From the NCBI GenBank assembly GCA_902622845.1, contig CACNRI010000002.1, positions 85,035 through 149,034 on the forward strand: a DNA stretch of 64,000 nucleotides, given 5' to 3'. The first letter of the stretch is position 1, and each line of letters starts with the position of its first letter. The stretch is from an uncultured SAR86 cluster bacterium. Lineage in GTDB: Bacteria; Pseudomonadota; Gammaproteobacteria; Magnimaribacterales; D2472. Below, in pieces: positions 10,544 through 21,473 of the stretch. Under the pieces are notes generated by a model. That model was not told where the DNA came from and made no database searches. It saw only the letters and a program-made list of their open reading frames with translations. The position numbers were made by a program, and so were the translations under genes.

Positions 10544-13120
10544 TTAAGAAACTATATTTACAGCGGAAATTTCTGCTTTTTTTGCATCATTTAGAAACTC
10601 AGGAAGTTGATCGAAGTTTAAGTATCTATATATCTCTTCTGAGAGTGGATTAATCTCATCCATGAATTCAAGATATTCTTTGGGAGTTGGTAATCTTCCA
10701 AGAACGGCAGCTACTGAAGAGAGTTCTGCAGAAGCAAGAAAAACATCCGCACCATCACCGAGTCTGTTCGGATAGTTTCTCGTTGATGTTGAAACAACAG
10801 TTGAGTTTGCTAGAACTCTTGCTTGGTTACCCATGCAAAGAGAGCAACCTGGCATCTCAGTTCTTGCTCCTGAAACTCCAAAGATATTATAAATACCTTC
10901 CTCCATAAGCTGTTGTTCATCCATTTTAGTAGGTGGCACAACCCAGAATCTTGCTTTAGTTCCATTATGTTTTTTAAGAAGGTGACCTGCAGCCCTAAAA
11001 TGTCCAATATTTGTCATGCATGACCCAAGAAAGACTTCATCAATTTTCGTATTTTGGACTTCTGAAAGTGGTTTAATATCATCTGGATCATTTGGACATG
11101 CCAAAAGAGGCTCTTTAATTTCATTTAAATCAATTTCAATTATGGCTGCATATTCAGCATCCTTGTCCGGTTCAAGCAGTTTAGGATCTTTTATCCATTC
11201 TTCCATTGCACTGGCTCTTCTCTCAAGTGTTTTAGGATCACCATATCCGTTTGTAATCATCCATCTCAACATGACTATATTTGAATTAAGGTACTCAATG
11301 ATTGGTTCTTTATCCAATCTAATAGTACATCCAGATGCAGATCTCTCTGCAGAAGCGTCAGAGATTTCAAAGGCCTGTTCTACTTTTAAATGAGGTAGAC
11401 CTTCAACTTCTAAGCATCTTCCTGAAAAAATATTTTTTTTGCCTTCCTTAGCAACTGTGAGATGACCTTGCTGAATTGCAGCATATGGAATCGCATTAAC
11501 TAAATCTCTAAGAGTAATACCGGGCTGCATCTCACCCTTAAACCTAACCAAAACTGATTCAGGCATATCTAAAGGCATAACACCAAGTGTTGCTGCAAAC
11601 GCTACTAGTCCTGAGCCTGCTGGGAAACTTATACCAATTGGAAACCTTGTATGACTATCACCACCTGTACCTACGGTATCAGGTATTAACATTCTATTAA
11701 GCCAAGAGTGAATAATTCCATCTCCAGGTTTTAGAGAAACTCCACCTCTAGTTTTAATAAATTCTGGAAGAGAGTGTTGAGTATCGATATCAACTGGTTT
11801 TGGATATGCAGCAGTATGACAAAAAGATTGCATTACTAAATCTGCTGAGAATCCAAGACATGCAAGCTCTTTCAATTCATCTCTGGTCATTGGTCCCGTA
11901 GTATCTTGAGATCCAACTGTACTCATTCTTGGTTCACAGTAGTCCCCAGGTCTTACTCCCTCAACTCCACATGCTTTACCAACCATTTTTTGAGCCAAAG
12001 TGTATCCTTTTTTAGAAGTATCATTTTGATTCGGTCTTCTAAAAATATCAGTAGGTTCTAATCCTAAAACTTCTCTGGTTTTATCTGTTAACTGTCTTCC
12101 AATGATTAGAGGAATTCTTCCATTTGCTCTTACCTCATCAAGAAGTACTTCAGTCTTTAATTTAAATTCACAAAGGAGCTCATTAGTTTTGGCATCAGTG
12201 ATTTGACCTTTAAACGGTTCAAATATGATTTCTTGTCCCATTTCTAATTTTGAGACATCACATTCAACTGGAAAAGCTCCAGAATCCTCGAGAGTATTAT
12301 AAAAAATAGGTGCAATTTTTCCTCCAAAACAAAAACCACCTTCTTTTTTATTTGGAATTGCAGGAATCTTATCTCCCATGTGCCATAAAACTGAATTAGT
12401 TGCAGATTTTCTTGATGAGCCAGTTCCAACAACGTCACCTACAAAAACAACTGGATTTCCCTTTTGCTTTAATTCTTCAATAGTTCCTAGAGGATCATTT
12501 ATGCCATCCCTTGGCATTTTTAACATTGCAAGCGCGTGAAGAGGAATATCTGGCCTTGACCAAGCATCCGGAGCAGGGGAAAGATCATCGGTATTTATCT
12601 CACCAGGCACCTTAAAAACCGTAAGTTTGATGCTTTCCGCTATTTCTTCTTTGCTTGTGAACCACTCTGCATTTGCCCATGAATCGATAACTGTTTTTGC
12701 ATGTTCATTAGTTTTTGATAGTTCATAGATATCATTAAACGCATCAAAAATTAGAAGTGTATTACTTAATGCACTTGCGGCGTCATCGGCTAATCCATCA
12801 ATCTCAAGACAGTCAATCAAGGGTTGTATGTTATAACCACCAAGCATAGTTCCCAAGATTGCTACCGCATCTTCTTTTGTAATATAAGGGCTTTCTGTCT
12901 TTCCCTTTGTTAAATCTGATAAAAAACCTGCTTTAACATATGCTGCATCATCTACTCCTGCAGGAACTCTCTCTTTCAGCAGGTGAAGCAAAAGATCATT
13001 CTCATCATGTTCTTTTTTTAATAAATTAATGACTGCGGCTGTTTGTTCAGCATCTAAGGGAAGAGGGGGTATACCCATCTCTTCTCTTTCTTTGCAATGC
13101 TTTTTATAGTCCTCTAACAC
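10544..13120 (-). CDS. acnB: aconitate hydratase B
   Basis: [50 protein letters not shown]. Confidence 0.98.
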   Translation of the reverse strand: MLEDYKKHCKEREEMGIPPLPLDAEQTAAVINLLKKEHDENDLLLHLLKERVPAGVDDAAYVKAGFLSDLTKGKTESPYITKEDAVAILGTMLGGYNIQPLIDCLEIDGLADDAASALSNTLLIFDAFNDIYELSKTNEHAKTVIDSWANAEWFTSKEEIAESIKLTVFKVPGEINTDDLSPAPDAWSRPDIPLHALAMLKMPRDGINDPLGTIEELKQKGNPVVFVGDVVGTGSSRKSATNSVLWHMGDKIPAIPNKKEGGFCFGGKIAPIFYNTLEDSGAFPVECDVSKLEMGQEIIFEPFKGQITDAKTNELLCEFKLKTEVLLDEVRANGRIPLIIGRQLTDKTREVLGLEPTDIFRRPNQNDTSKKGYTLAQKMVGKACGVEGVRPGDYCEPRMSTVGSQDTTGPMTRDELKELACLGFSADLVMQSFCHTAAYPKPVDIDTQHSLPEFIKTRGGVSLKPGDGIIHSWLNRMLIPDTVGTGGDSHTRFPIGISFPAGSGLVAFAATLGVMPLDMPESVLVRFKGEMQPGITLRDLVNAIPYAAIQQGHLTVAKEGKKNIFSGRCLEVEGLPHLKVEQAFEISDASAERSASGCTIRLDKEPIIEYLNSNIVMLRWMITNGYGDPKTLERRASAMEEWIKDPKLLEPDKDAEYAAIIEIDLNEIKEPLLACPNDPDDIKPLSEVQNTKIDEVFLGSCMTNIGHFRAAGHLLKKHNGTKARFWVVPPTKMDEQQLMEEGIYNIFGVSGARTEMPGCSLCMGNQARVLANSTVVSTSTRNYPNRLGDGADVFLASAELSSVAAVLGRLPTPKEYLEFMDEINPLSEEIYRYLNFDQLPEFLNDAKKAEISAVNIVS

Positions 13121-13196
13121 GCGCCTATTTTACTTCTCTTAGGTTAAACTTTCCAACCAAATTACAAAAATTAAATATTATTGTATTATTAAATCC

Positions 13197-13646
13197 ATGC
13201 GTAAGAATCGTTCATCAACACCTTGCATCGGTATATGTTCTACAACCTTTGGTGATGATGTTTGTAAAGGCTGCAAAAGGTTTTCACATGAAATTACTAA
13301 TTGGGGTAAGTTCTCGACTGATGAGAGGGCGGTTGTTAATTCTAGGCTCGAGCAATTTAAGATAACTATTCTTGAAGAAAAATTTACTATTTCTGATAGC
13401 GAACTCTTCGAAAGTAAGATGAATGAATTTTCTATTAACTTCAATAGCTCTCTTGAGCCTATTACTTGGATTTTTGACTTACTTCGAGCTTCAAGCAATA
13501 AAGATTTGAATGTAAATGATTTTGGGGTTGAAATATTGCCAGCATTTTCTGATCTTTCACTTATAGATCTTCGGGATTTGATTAATCAAGAAATGCTTCA
13601 ACTATCAGAAGCTCATTATTATAAATTCTTTAAGCGGGCTACTTAA
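13197..13646 (+). CDS. DUF1289 family (putative Fe-S/Cys-cluster) protein
   Basis: [25 protein letters not shown] motif; divergent from acnB. Confidence 0.85.
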   Translation: MRKNRSSTPCIGICSTTFGDDVCKGCKRFSHEITNWGKFSTDERAVVNSRLEQFKITILEEKFTISDSELFESKMNEFSINFNSSLEPITWIFDLLRASSNKDLNVNDFGVEILPAFSDLSLIDLRDLINQEMLQLSEAHYYKFFKRAT

Positions 13647-14898
13647 CCATAGGTAGATCACTCCATCTAGTAGTGTATCTCGGAGATATCATATTTCTCT
13701 GTATGGGCTTAAACCTTCCTATATTTTGTGAAGCAATATAGATCTGCTTTTGATTTAGATTTAACTCATCAATCACTTGCATCAATTTTGAGTCCATCTT
13801 GTAAGTATGGCTTTCACTAAATAAAGAGTTTTGTACATAACCAATATCTGAAAATGAACTTAACATAATCCCAGCTTTTGAATATCTATAATTAGGTCTA
13901 TAGATTTTGGGTAGAATCTTTCTTACGGCATACAAAAAGTCTCTTGAATCATCTGTTGGATAAGTGAATGAATAGCTCTTTATAGCCCTGTAACTTTCGT
14001 TAGTGTCAAAAGGACTAGTTCGAATAAATACTGATATTCTTGAACTTTTCTGTTTTTCGGATCTTAATTTTTCAGCTGCTCTCACCACATAATCATTAAC
14101 AACAGTATTTAGGACTTCTAAATTAGTAATCTTTTTTGCAAAACTTCTACTGACCACAATTTGTTTTTTAGTCGGAGAAACATCTTCAATATCTAAACAT
14201 TTCTCACCATTAAGCTCTCTAACTGTACGCTCTAAAACAATACTAAACCTTTTTCTTATATCCTGAGGTGGGGCATATGATAGTTGCAGAGCATTTCTAA
14301 TACCTGCCATTGATAGTTTTCTATTTAATCTTCTGCCAACTCCCCATATCTCACCAACTGGAGTACTTTTAAGGGCTTCACTTATATCTCTCTGACTATC
14401 CAGCACTAAAACTCTTGATTGAATATCTCTTTTCTTTATTTGGTAGCTAGCAATCTTAGCTAGCGTCTTAGTAGGCCCTATACCTATTCGTACAGGTATT
14501 CCTGTCCATCTTCCTACAGTATTTTTTAGATGTAAGCCAAAGTCGAAACAGCCTATATTTTTTTCGGTACCTGAGAAATCTAAAAATGCTTCATCAATAC
14601 TATAGACTTCTGTTTTTGGAGAAATGGAATTTAAAATATTCATAACTCTCCTGGACATATCTCCATAGAAAGCAAAATTAGATGAGAAAACAATACCGCC
14701 TTTTCTAATATACCTATCTTTGATCTTAAACCAAGGAACTCCCATCTTTACACCCATCGCTTTTGCCTCTGAGCTCCTTGCAATTACGCAGCCATCATTA
14801 TTAGAGAGGACAACGATGGGTCTATTCTTAAGATCAGGGCGAAATACTCTTTCACATGAAGCATAAAAGCTATCACAATCTACTAGGGCTATGCTCAC
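13639..14898 (-). CDS. umuC: Y-family DNA polymerase V catalytic subunit
   Basis: [46 protein letters not shown]. Confidence 0.96.
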   Translation of the reverse strand: MSIALVDCDSFYASCERVFRPDLKNRPIVVLSNNDGCVIARSSEAKAMGVKMGVPWFKIKDRYIRKGGIVFSSNFAFYGDMSRRVMNILNSISPKTEVYSIDEAFLDFSGTEKNIGCFDFGLHLKNTVGRWTGIPVRIGIGPTKTLAKIASYQIKKRDIQSRVLVLDSQRDISEALKSTPVGEIWGVGRRLNRKLSMAGIRNALQLSYAPPQDIRKRFSIVLERTVRELNGEKCLDIEDVSPTKKQIVVSRSFAKKITNLEVLNTVVNDYVVRAAEKLRSEKQKSSRISVFIRTSPFDTNESYRAIKSYSFTYPTDDSRDFLYAVRKILPKIYRPNYRYSKAGIMLSSFSDIGYVQNSLFSESHTYKMDSKLMQVIDELNLNQKQIYIASQNIGRFKPIQRNMISPRYTTRWSDLPMVK

Positions 14899-15326
14899 GT
14901 GAATTGATTAATGACTGAAGTTACTAGTCCAGTTACTTCGAAGTCTATTTGGCTATTTATATAGATTGGTTTATAGCCTTTATTTTCAGCAACTAGGCAT
15001 AATTTAGGCTTAGTTTTAAGTCTTCTACAAACAAACTCACCATCAACTGCTGCCACTATGATGCTGTTATGAGAGGGCTTAATACTTCTGTCTATTATGA
15101 GAGTTGCACCATCATTAATGCCTGCACCTATCATAGATTTTCCACTTACTCTGACAAGAAAGGTAGCAGCATTATTCTTTATTAAATATTTATTTAGGTC
15201 TATAGGTGATTCTATGAAATCACTTGCAGGACTAGGGAATCCGGCATGCACCATATCTTGGAAATATGGCAGCATTAGTTCAGATAAATTATCTGCAATC
15301 ACCGTACCGATGTAATTAATTTTCAT
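14895..15326 (-). CDS. umuD: DNA polymerase V accessory subunit (S24 peptidase)
   Basis: AGFPSPA cleavage-site motif, RVSGKSM catalytic Ser; directly upstream of umuC with ATGA-type overlap. Confidence 0.93.
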   Translation of the reverse strand: MKINYIGTVIADNLSELMLPYFQDMVHAGFPSPASDFIESPIDLNKYLIKNNAATFLVRVSGKSMIGAGINDGATLIIDRSIKPSHNSIIVAAVDGEFVCRRLKTKPKLCLVAENKGYKPIYINSQIDFEVTGLVTSVINQFT

Positions 15327-15345
15327 AATATAGGAGTGCTAAAAA

Positions 15346-15365
15346 TACTGTATAAATATACAGTA
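15346..15365. promoter_or_regulatory. LexA (SOS) box upstream of umuDC
   Basis: TACTGTATAAATATACAGTA, a near-perfect palindrome matching the gammaproteobacterial CTG-N10-CAG consensus; about 20 bp upstream of the umuD ATG. Confidence 0.93.
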
Positions 15366-15383
15366 CTTTTAAAGAGGTTTCAA
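15355..15383 (-). promoter_or_regulatory. sigma70 promoter of umuDC
   Basis: On the minus strand, -35 TTGAAA (15383-15378), 17-bp spacer, -10 TATATT (15360-15355); the -10 lies inside the LexA box. Confidence 0.7.
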
Positions 15384-15387
15384 CGCT

Positions 15388-16116
15388 TTATTCAATCTTG
15401 AATTTAAATAAATCAGGACCATTGGCATCAAGTTTTAAGCACCATCCGAAAGTATCCCAATCTCCCAAAACAATTCGTTGGGTTGAATAATCTCCATACT
15501 CTAAGTCATGAAGATCAGGTCGATGAGTATGGCCATGAATGAAAAGATTTGGCCTTTCTTGTTGAAGAAATAAATCTACATCATTTGAATTTACGTCAGT
15601 TATTTCAGAAGATTTATTTTTGCTAGCAGATTTACTGGCATCCCTCATGTCGTCTGCAATTTTTTTTCTCTCCTCTAGGGGTTTGCTGAGAAAGTCATCT
15701 TTCCAAGCCTGAGATCGGACTTGTTTTCTGAAGTCCATATATTCTGAATCATGAGTGCATAAAAAATCACCATGACTGATGATAATTTTCATTTCGTTAA
15801 AGGTTATTGTGCAAGGGTCTTCAAGGATTTCAATATCTGCTGAAGTTGCAAAGCTTTTATCAAGCAGAAAGTCTCTGTTACCAGCAATAAAAAATAGCTT
15901 ATTCCCTTTGCTAGCAAAATCACTCAGCTTAGACTGAATAACTGCTGCAAGCTCACTATCATCATCATCTCCAATCCAAACCTCAAATAAATCACCCAGT
16001 ATGTAAAGACTGGTAGGAGTAGATATCTTACTATCTAAAAAATCAAAGAATGATTTGGTGATAGGTGAATCAACTGAACTTAGATGTAGGTCTGAAATGA
16101 AATATATTGGATTCAT
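15388..16116 (-). CDS. lpxH: UDP-2,3-diacylglucosamine hydrolase
   Basis: [37 protein letters not shown]; follows ppiB. Confidence 0.95.
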   Translation of the reverse strand: MNPIYFISDLHLSSVDSPITKSFFDFLDSKISTPTSLYILGDLFEVWIGDDDDSELAAVIQSKLSDFASKGNKLFFIAGNRDFLLDKSFATSADIEILEDPCTITFNEMKIIISHGDFLCTHDSEYMDFRKQVRSQAWKDDFLSKPLEERKKIADDMRDASKSASKNKSSEITDVNSNDVDLFLQQERPNLFIHGHTHRPDLHDLEYGDYSTQRIVLGDWDTFGWCLKLDANGPDLFKFKIE

Positions 16117-16634
16117 TCCATAACAGATATCGATTGAATCATAATTGGCTCAACTGGAACATCTGCATACTGTTGAAAGTTGCCGGTATCAACTACAGCA
16201 ATAGCATCAACAACATCCATCCCATCTGTTACCTTCCCAAATACCGCATATCCCCAGCCACGCATGGTTTCTGATGAATGATTTAAGAAACTATTATCTT
16301 TATGATTAATAAAAAACTGACTTGTAGCTGAATGAGGATCATTAGTTCTTGCCATAGCAATAGTTCCTCTATCATTTGGCAAGCCATTATTTGCTTCATT
16401 TTGTATTGGTTGAGTACCAGAAGGCTTAGTTCTCATATCAGCTGTTAAGCCTCCTCCTTGAACCATAAAACCGTCAATCACTCTATGAAAGATAGTCTCA
16501 TCATAGTATCCAGATTCAACAAGATTAATAAAATTTTCAACTGTACCCGGAGCCTTTTCTTTATCAAGCTCTAGAGTAATGTCACCAAGGGAAGTTGAAA
16601 TAACCACTGCAATAACTGTTTTTGTCATACTCAT
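16113..16634 (-). CDS. ppiB: cyclophilin-type peptidyl-prolyl cis-trans isomerase
   Basis: [40 protein letters not shown]. Confidence 0.95.
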   Translation of the reverse strand: MSMTKTVIAVVISTSLGDITLELDKEKAPGTVENFINLVESGYYDETIFHRVIDGFMVQGGGLTADMRTKPSGTQPIQNEANNGLPNDRGTIAMARTNDPHSATSQFFINHKDNSFLNHSSETMRGWGYAVFGKVTDGMDVVDAIAVVDTGNFQQYADVPVEPIMIQSISVME

Positions 16635-16662
16635 ACCTTTTAAATTTAAATGTTTATTAATA

Positions 16663-17772
16663 CTAGTTTATTTGCCATTTAGAGGCAATGCGATCTTCTA
16701 TAATTTCCTCAGTCAAACCATAATCTTTGAGCTCATAGTCGTGCTTTCCATGTTTATGTTTCTTATGATTCTTTATATAAGATTCCATTTTGATTTTAAT
16801 GCTCTCCTCGAAGGGCTTATTAATAAAATCGTAAATATTCTCCATTGTCTTAATAGGATCTTTAATAAAATCAGCATAATCGATATCAAGGTTTGTTGTT
16901 GAATCGAGCAAAGTTCTTCCTTCTTTATTTTTTAATATTGCATTTTCCCAAAACTCAACCGTTTGTTTTCCAATAAGTTCTCTATCAATTTGGTTACACA
17001 GCCCATTCCAAAGTTTTTCAGTAAGACTGCAAGTTGAGGTAATTGATTTTATAGGATCTCTAAATATGTGAACAAATCTTGCCTTTGGATAAATCTTTAA
17101 GATTTCAGGTATGTGTTCAATGTGTGATGGATCTTTGAATAGCCAGTTTTTAGGTCTGCCTGAGAGTTCTAAAATTTGGAAAAACTTTTTATGCCACTCA
17201 AATACATTTGTAAAATCAGTTTCCATTAAAAACTTTCTATAGTTTGGAAGATGAGACATATAAATATAGACAACACTCTTTGCAGTCACTGTATTAAATT
17301 GCTCACATTCCTCAGGAGATAAAGCTCTTAATTTGTGCATAGCATCTAGCATTGGAACTACAAGCCTAGCAAAACGAAGCTCAGCATCAGTTGCAAAAAT
17401 CCTCAGCGACTCTCGCCAACTTCCTTTTTCTAGCAATGGAAGGGGTCTTGTTATTTCCCAGTAAAGCGGACTTCTATGATCTGCATCATTACAGAGAATA
17501 TCAAAAAGAAAAGTGGTTCCTGATCGTGGAAGGCCTGTTACGATAATAGGTGCTGCTGGATCAGGCATATATTTATATTGCGATCTCGAGAACTTATGAA
17601 TTTTCTCTCTGACATTTATTCGATTTTGTAGTTGGTGCATGAAGGCAATAATGCCATTCATATTTATTTCTTTATTTGCATTAATATCATCCACTAATAA
17701 TTCTAAAGCTTCCACAAATTCAGGTTCACGAGCAGTGGTTATATTCAGCAGTATTTCTTTTGATATTTTCAT
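16663..17772 (-). CDS. PAPS-dependent sulfotransferase (Stf3/Sulfotransfer_3-like)
   Basis: GLPRSGTT 5'-PSB motif, KDPSH, HIFRDP...S 3'-PB motif. Confidence 0.88.
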   Translation of the reverse strand: MKISKEILLNITTAREPEFVEALELLVDDINANKEINMNGIIAFMHQLQNRINVREKIHKFSRSQYKYMPDPAAPIIVTGLPRSGTTFLFDILCNDADHRSPLYWEITRPLPLLEKGSWRESLRIFATDAELRFARLVVPMLDAMHKLRALSPEECEQFNTVTAKSVVYIYMSHLPNYRKFLMETDFTNVFEWHKKFFQILELSGRPKNWLFKDPSHIEHIPEILKIYPKARFVHIFRDPIKSITSTCSLTEKLWNGLCNQIDRELIGKQTVEFWENAILKNKEGRTLLDSTTNLDIDYADFIKDPIKTMENIYDFINKPFEESIKIKMESYIKNHKKHKHGKHDYELKDYGLTEEIIEDRIASKWQIN

Positions 17773-17858
17773 TTCTACTCATTAATGGTAACAAAATATA
17801 TTTTCAATTTCTTTGGGTCTAGTGGTATTGTAGTTACTTAGAAATTTAGGAGGAAATT

Positions 17859-18290
17859 ATGAAAAAAATTCTATTTTTGTCACTACTTGTTCCTTTCTTT
17901 AGCTTTGCTGAGATCTGGGTAGATTATGAGCCTGCTGAGCAAGTTACAGAAATGACTGTTGTTAAAGTTAAACCAAACATGCTTGATGATTACATTATGG
18001 GCATTAAAAAAACTTGGGTTGATTCTTGTGAAATCCAAAAAGAGCTTGGACATATTGTTGGATGTGCGGTCTATACTGCAAACACTGCTGGTACAGACCC
18101 AAATGTCTTCTTAACAATTACTTATGAAAATCTTGCTGCAATGGGTCCTGATAAAGAAAAATATGAGGAATTTATGGAAGCTTGGAGAAAAAAGATTTCT
18201 GAAGATGATCAGAGTGAAATAGCTGGCGGCTATGGTGATATGAGAGAAATCGTAGACCTAGTTGTTTTAAGAAAAGTAAACTTTAAATAA
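17859..18290 (+). CDS. secreted hypothetical protein, NIPSNAP/dimeric alpha-beta barrel-like
   Basis: Sec signal MKKILFLSLLVPFFSFA; strong AGGAGG RBS; own terminator; fold is my inference from the VKVKPN..DDY pattern. Confidence 0.75.
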   Translation: MKKILFLSLLVPFFSFAEIWVDYEPAEQVTEMTVVKVKPNMLDDYIMGIKKTWVDSCEIQKELGHIVGCAVYTANTAGTDPNVFLTITYENLAAMGPDKEKYEEFMEAWRKKISEDDQSEIAGGYGDMREIVDLVVLRKVNFK

Positions 18291-18294
18291 TCTT

Positions 18295-18321
18295 ATTTGG
18301 GCAGGTTAATCCTGCCCAAAT
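18295..18321 (+). terminator. stem-loop / intrinsic terminator
   Basis: ATTTGGGCAGG-TTAAT-CCTGCCCAAAT perfect 11-bp inverted repeat just after the stop codon. Confidence 0.75.
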
Positions 18322-18328
18322 TTAAACT

Positions 18329-18745
18329 ATGAATATCTTGTTTCTTTGTGTTGGCAACTCAGCTCGAAGCCAAATTGCTGAAGGCCTCGCAAAATCGATG
18401 ATGGGCCCTGAATACAATATACAAAGTGCAGGGTCCCAACCAAGTGGCTCAGTGCATAAAAATGCAATTAGCACCATGAAAGAAATAGGAATTGATATTT
18501 CAGATTATGAATCTAAGAGTTTAGAAGATCTTGATATGGATTTTATAAATGATATTGATTACATAATTACCTTGTGTGCTGAGGAATTCTGCCCAACTCT
18601 AAACAACAAAGCAAAAAAAATTCATTGGGCAAATGAAGATCCAGATAACGACAGCTATTCAGATCAACAGTTAGAAAAAGAATTTCGAAGGACCAGAGAA
18701 AATATATTTAAGCTTTTAAAAAAATTTTTTGTTGAAAACTCTTAA
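18329..18745 (+). CDS. arsC: LMW-PTP family arsenate reductase
   Basis: CVGNSARSQ P-loop (CX5R), LCAEEFCP redox cysteines, HW..EDP. Confidence 0.85.
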   Translation: MNILFLCVGNSARSQIAEGLAKSMMGPEYNIQSAGSQPSGSVHKNAISTMKEIGIDISDYESKSLEDLDMDFINDIDYIITLCAEEFCPTLNNKAKKIHWANEDPDNDSYSDQQLEKEFRRTRENIFKLLKKFFVENS

Positions 18746-18749
18746 AACT

Positions 18750-19256
18750 TTAATAGAAAGAGATCTCTTTGACTTTTAAATCGACATCGAAGTCTCTGCC
18801 ATACCCAGCAAAACTAATATCTCTAATATTGCTAGGATTTAGCCTTGGAGACATACCAGATTTCTTTTCAAAATCTGAGAAATTGATTTCAAAGTTTTGC
18901 CACTCAGAAGAAACATCAAAAGTTGAGCTGTGATATGCCCATGGAGGCATCCTTAAGCCCTGCATAGTTACATGAACCTCATAGGTTTCATTATTTCCTT
19001 TTGCAATAAAGCGAATACCCTTAACCTCCTTATCAACGCTATCTGGTCTGTGGGCTAACCTTACGAAACCACCATTATTAACAGTAGTTACATATCCTTT
19101 TAAACTGAATACACCATCATCAAAACCGGCTTCCAATTCTGACTTACCCCCCATAACTTGATCGGTAACGATATACCAACTGGATGGATTATTTGAAATA
19201 TCAGAAAAAGTGCTCATTGATATAATAAGTAGTAAAAGTGAGAAAATTTTTTTCAT
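18750..19256 (-). CDS. CIA30-family (CBM11-like) secreted protein
   Basis: WYIVTDQVMGGKS, NNGGFV and WQNFEINFSDF CIA30 motifs; signal peptide starting at MKKIF (ATG 19256). Confidence 0.85.
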   Translation of the reverse strand: MKKIFSLLLLIISMSTFSDISNNPSSWYIVTDQVMGGKSELEAGFDDGVFSLKGYVTTVNNGGFVRLAHRPDSVDKEVKGIRFIAKGNNETYEVHVTMQGLRMPPWAYHSSTFDVSSEWQNFEINFSDFEKKSGMSPRLNPSNIRDISFAGYGRDFDVDLKVKEISFY

Positions 19257-19277
19257 GGTAGCAGTATAAATCAACTA

Positions 19278-19352
19278 TGGCTCCCCCGGTGTGGATCGAA
19301 CACACGACCAATTGATTAACAGTCAACTGCTCTACCGCTGAGCTACAGGGGA
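19278..19352 (-). tRNA. tRNA-Asn(GTT)
   Basis: Reverse complement TCCCCTGTAGCTCAGCGGTAGAGCAGTTGACTGTTAATCAATTGGTCGTGTGTTCGATCCACACCGGGGGAGCCA; cloverleaf, GTT anticodon, encoded CCA. Confidence 0.97.
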
Positions 19353-19399
19353 GCGTGAAAAGCATTATAATTAATTTTTATTTAATAAGTAAGAAATAA

Positions 19400-21409
19400 A
19401 TGACGAAAAAACTAGAAGTAGTAAGTAATTTTGATCCAGCAGGAACCCAACCTGAGGCAATTAAAAGTCTGGTATCAGGCATAGATAACGGCTTGCTCCA
19501 TCAAGTTCTTTTGGGGGTAACGGGTTCTGGTAAAACATACACTATGGCAAAAGTTATTGAAGAGACTCAGCGTCCAGCAATAATCATGGCACATAATAAA
19601 ACTCTTGCCGCTCAACTCTACGGTGAATTTAGGGATTTTTTTCCAAATAATTCTGTTGAGTATTTTGTTTCTTACTATGATTATTATCAGCCTGAGGCCT
19701 ATGTCCCAGCCTCAGATACTTATATTGCCAAAGATGCATCAATTAATGAGCATATTGAGCAGATGCGATTATCTGCAACAAAAGCACTGATAGAGAGAAA
19801 AGATGCAATTGTTGTTGCAACAGTTTCATCCATTTATGGATTAGGAGCACCTGAGTCTTATTTAGAGATGGTCATGCATTTAGACAGAGGTGATGAAGTT
19901 GATCAAAGGCAACTTTTAAAAAAGCTATCTGTTATGCAATACACCAGAAATGATCTTGATTTTAGAAGATCAACTTTTAGAGTCAGAGGAGATACTATAG
20001 ATGTATATCCAGCTGACTCAGAGAGAGAAGCATTGCGCATTCAGATGTTTGGAGATGAAATTGAAAGTCTCCTATGGATCGACTCACTAACAGGCGAGAT
20101 TATTTCAGAAACACCAAGAGCTACTATTTTTCCAAAAACTCACTATGTAACTCCTAGAGAAAAAATCAATGCATGCATTCCTGAAATTGAAGAGGAGCTC
20201 AAAGATAGACTAGCCTTTTTAAAGGAAAATAATAAATTAGTTGAGGCTCAAAGACTTCAAGAGAGAACGCAATATGATTTAGAAATGATGCGAGAGCTTG
20301 GCTATTGTCAGGGAATTGAGAATTACTCACGATATCTTTCAGGCAGAGAGTCAGGAGAACCGCCGCCTTGCTTATTCGATTATGTTCCAAAAAATGCTTT
20401 AGTTTTCATCGATGAGTCTCACGTGACAGTTCCGCAAATAGGCGCTATGTATAAGGGTGATAGATCAAGAAAAGAAACCTTAGTTGAGTATGGTTTCAGG
20501 CTTCCATCTGCTGTAGATAATAGGCCTTTAAGATTTGAAGAGTGGGAGTTACTTGCATCACAAAGAATTTATGTCTCTGCTACACCTAATAAGTATGAGT
20601 CAGAAAGGAATGATAACTTAGTTGAGCTTCTTGTAAGACCGACTGGTTTAACGGATCCAGAAGTTGAAATAAGACCAGCTACATCTCAGGTTGATGATGT
20701 GATTGGCGAATGTAATGAGAGAGCGATGCTTAAGGAGAGGGTACTGATAACTACTTTGACTAAAAGAATGGCAGAGGATCTGACTGATTATCTTAATGAG
20801 AATGATATCAAAACTCGATATATGCATTCGGATATTGACACTGTTGAAAGGGTAGAAATTATTCGAGATCTCAGACTTGGTAAATTTGATGTCTTAGTAG
20901 GCATTAATTTACTAAGAGAGGGGCTCGATATTCCCGAAGTGAGCCTTGTGGCAATTCTAGATGCAGATAAAGAGGGCTTTTTAAGATCTGAAACAACCCT
21001 TATTCAAACTATAGGAAGAGCGGCCAGAAACTTAAGAGGAAAAGCAATTCTTTATGCAGATAAAAAAACCGGATCAATGGAGCGAGCTTTAGCTGAAACT
21101 TCAAGAAGGCGAGATATCCAGCTTGAATTCAATGAAAAAAATAATATTAAACCTCAGTCAATTAAAAAAGAAGTAAAAGATATTATGGAAGGTGCCAGGG
21201 TCAATAAAAGAGCCTCCAAAAACAGACCGCAAGACTATTCAAAAGATTTGAAATTTAGAATCAAAGAGTCAAATCCTGATGAAATCTCAAAATCAATTAA
21301 TAAGCTAGAAGAGCAGATGTATAAGTATGCAAATCAAACTGAGTTTGAAAAAGCTGCTTATTGCAGAGATAAAATTAAAGAACTTAAAAGAAAGTTAATA
21401 GAAGTCTAG
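19400..21409 (+). CDS. uvrB: excinuclease ABC subunit B
   Basis: [18 protein letters not shown] beta-hairpin, [14 protein letters not shown]-terminal UVR motif. Confidence 0.98.
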   Translation: MTKKLEVVSNFDPAGTQPEAIKSLVSGIDNGLLHQVLLGVTGSGKTYTMAKVIEETQRPAIIMAHNKTLAAQLYGEFRDFFPNNSVEYFVSYYDYYQPEAYVPASDTYIAKDASINEHIEQMRLSATKALIERKDAIVVATVSSIYGLGAPESYLEMVMHLDRGDEVDQRQLLKKLSVMQYTRNDLDFRRSTFRVRGDTIDVYPADSEREALRIQMFGDEIESLLWIDSLTGEIISETPRATIFPKTHYVTPREKINACIPEIEEELKDRLAFLKENNKLVEAQRLQERTQYDLEMMRELGYCQGIENYSRYLSGRESGEPPPCLFDYVPKNALVFIDESHVTVPQIGAMYKGDRSRKETLVEYGFRLPSAVDNRPLRFEEWELLASQRIYVSATPNKYESERNDNLVELLVRPTGLTDPEVEIRPATSQVDDVIGECNERAMLKERVLITTLTKRMAEDLTDYLNENDIKTRYMHSDIDTVERVEIIRDLRLGKFDVLVGINLLREGLDIPEVSLVAILDADKEGFLRSETTLIQTIGRAARNLRGKAILYADKKTGSMERALAETSRRRDIQLEFNEKNNIKPQSIKKEVKDIMEGARVNKRASKNRPQDYSKDLKFRIKESNPDEISKSINKLEEQMYKYANQTEFEKAAYCRDKIKELKRKLIEV

Positions 21410-21473
21410 ATTGCTACTGTTTGAGCAAAGTTTTTATCCTATAATTGTATTAAGGTTTTTAAATCTTTAATAA

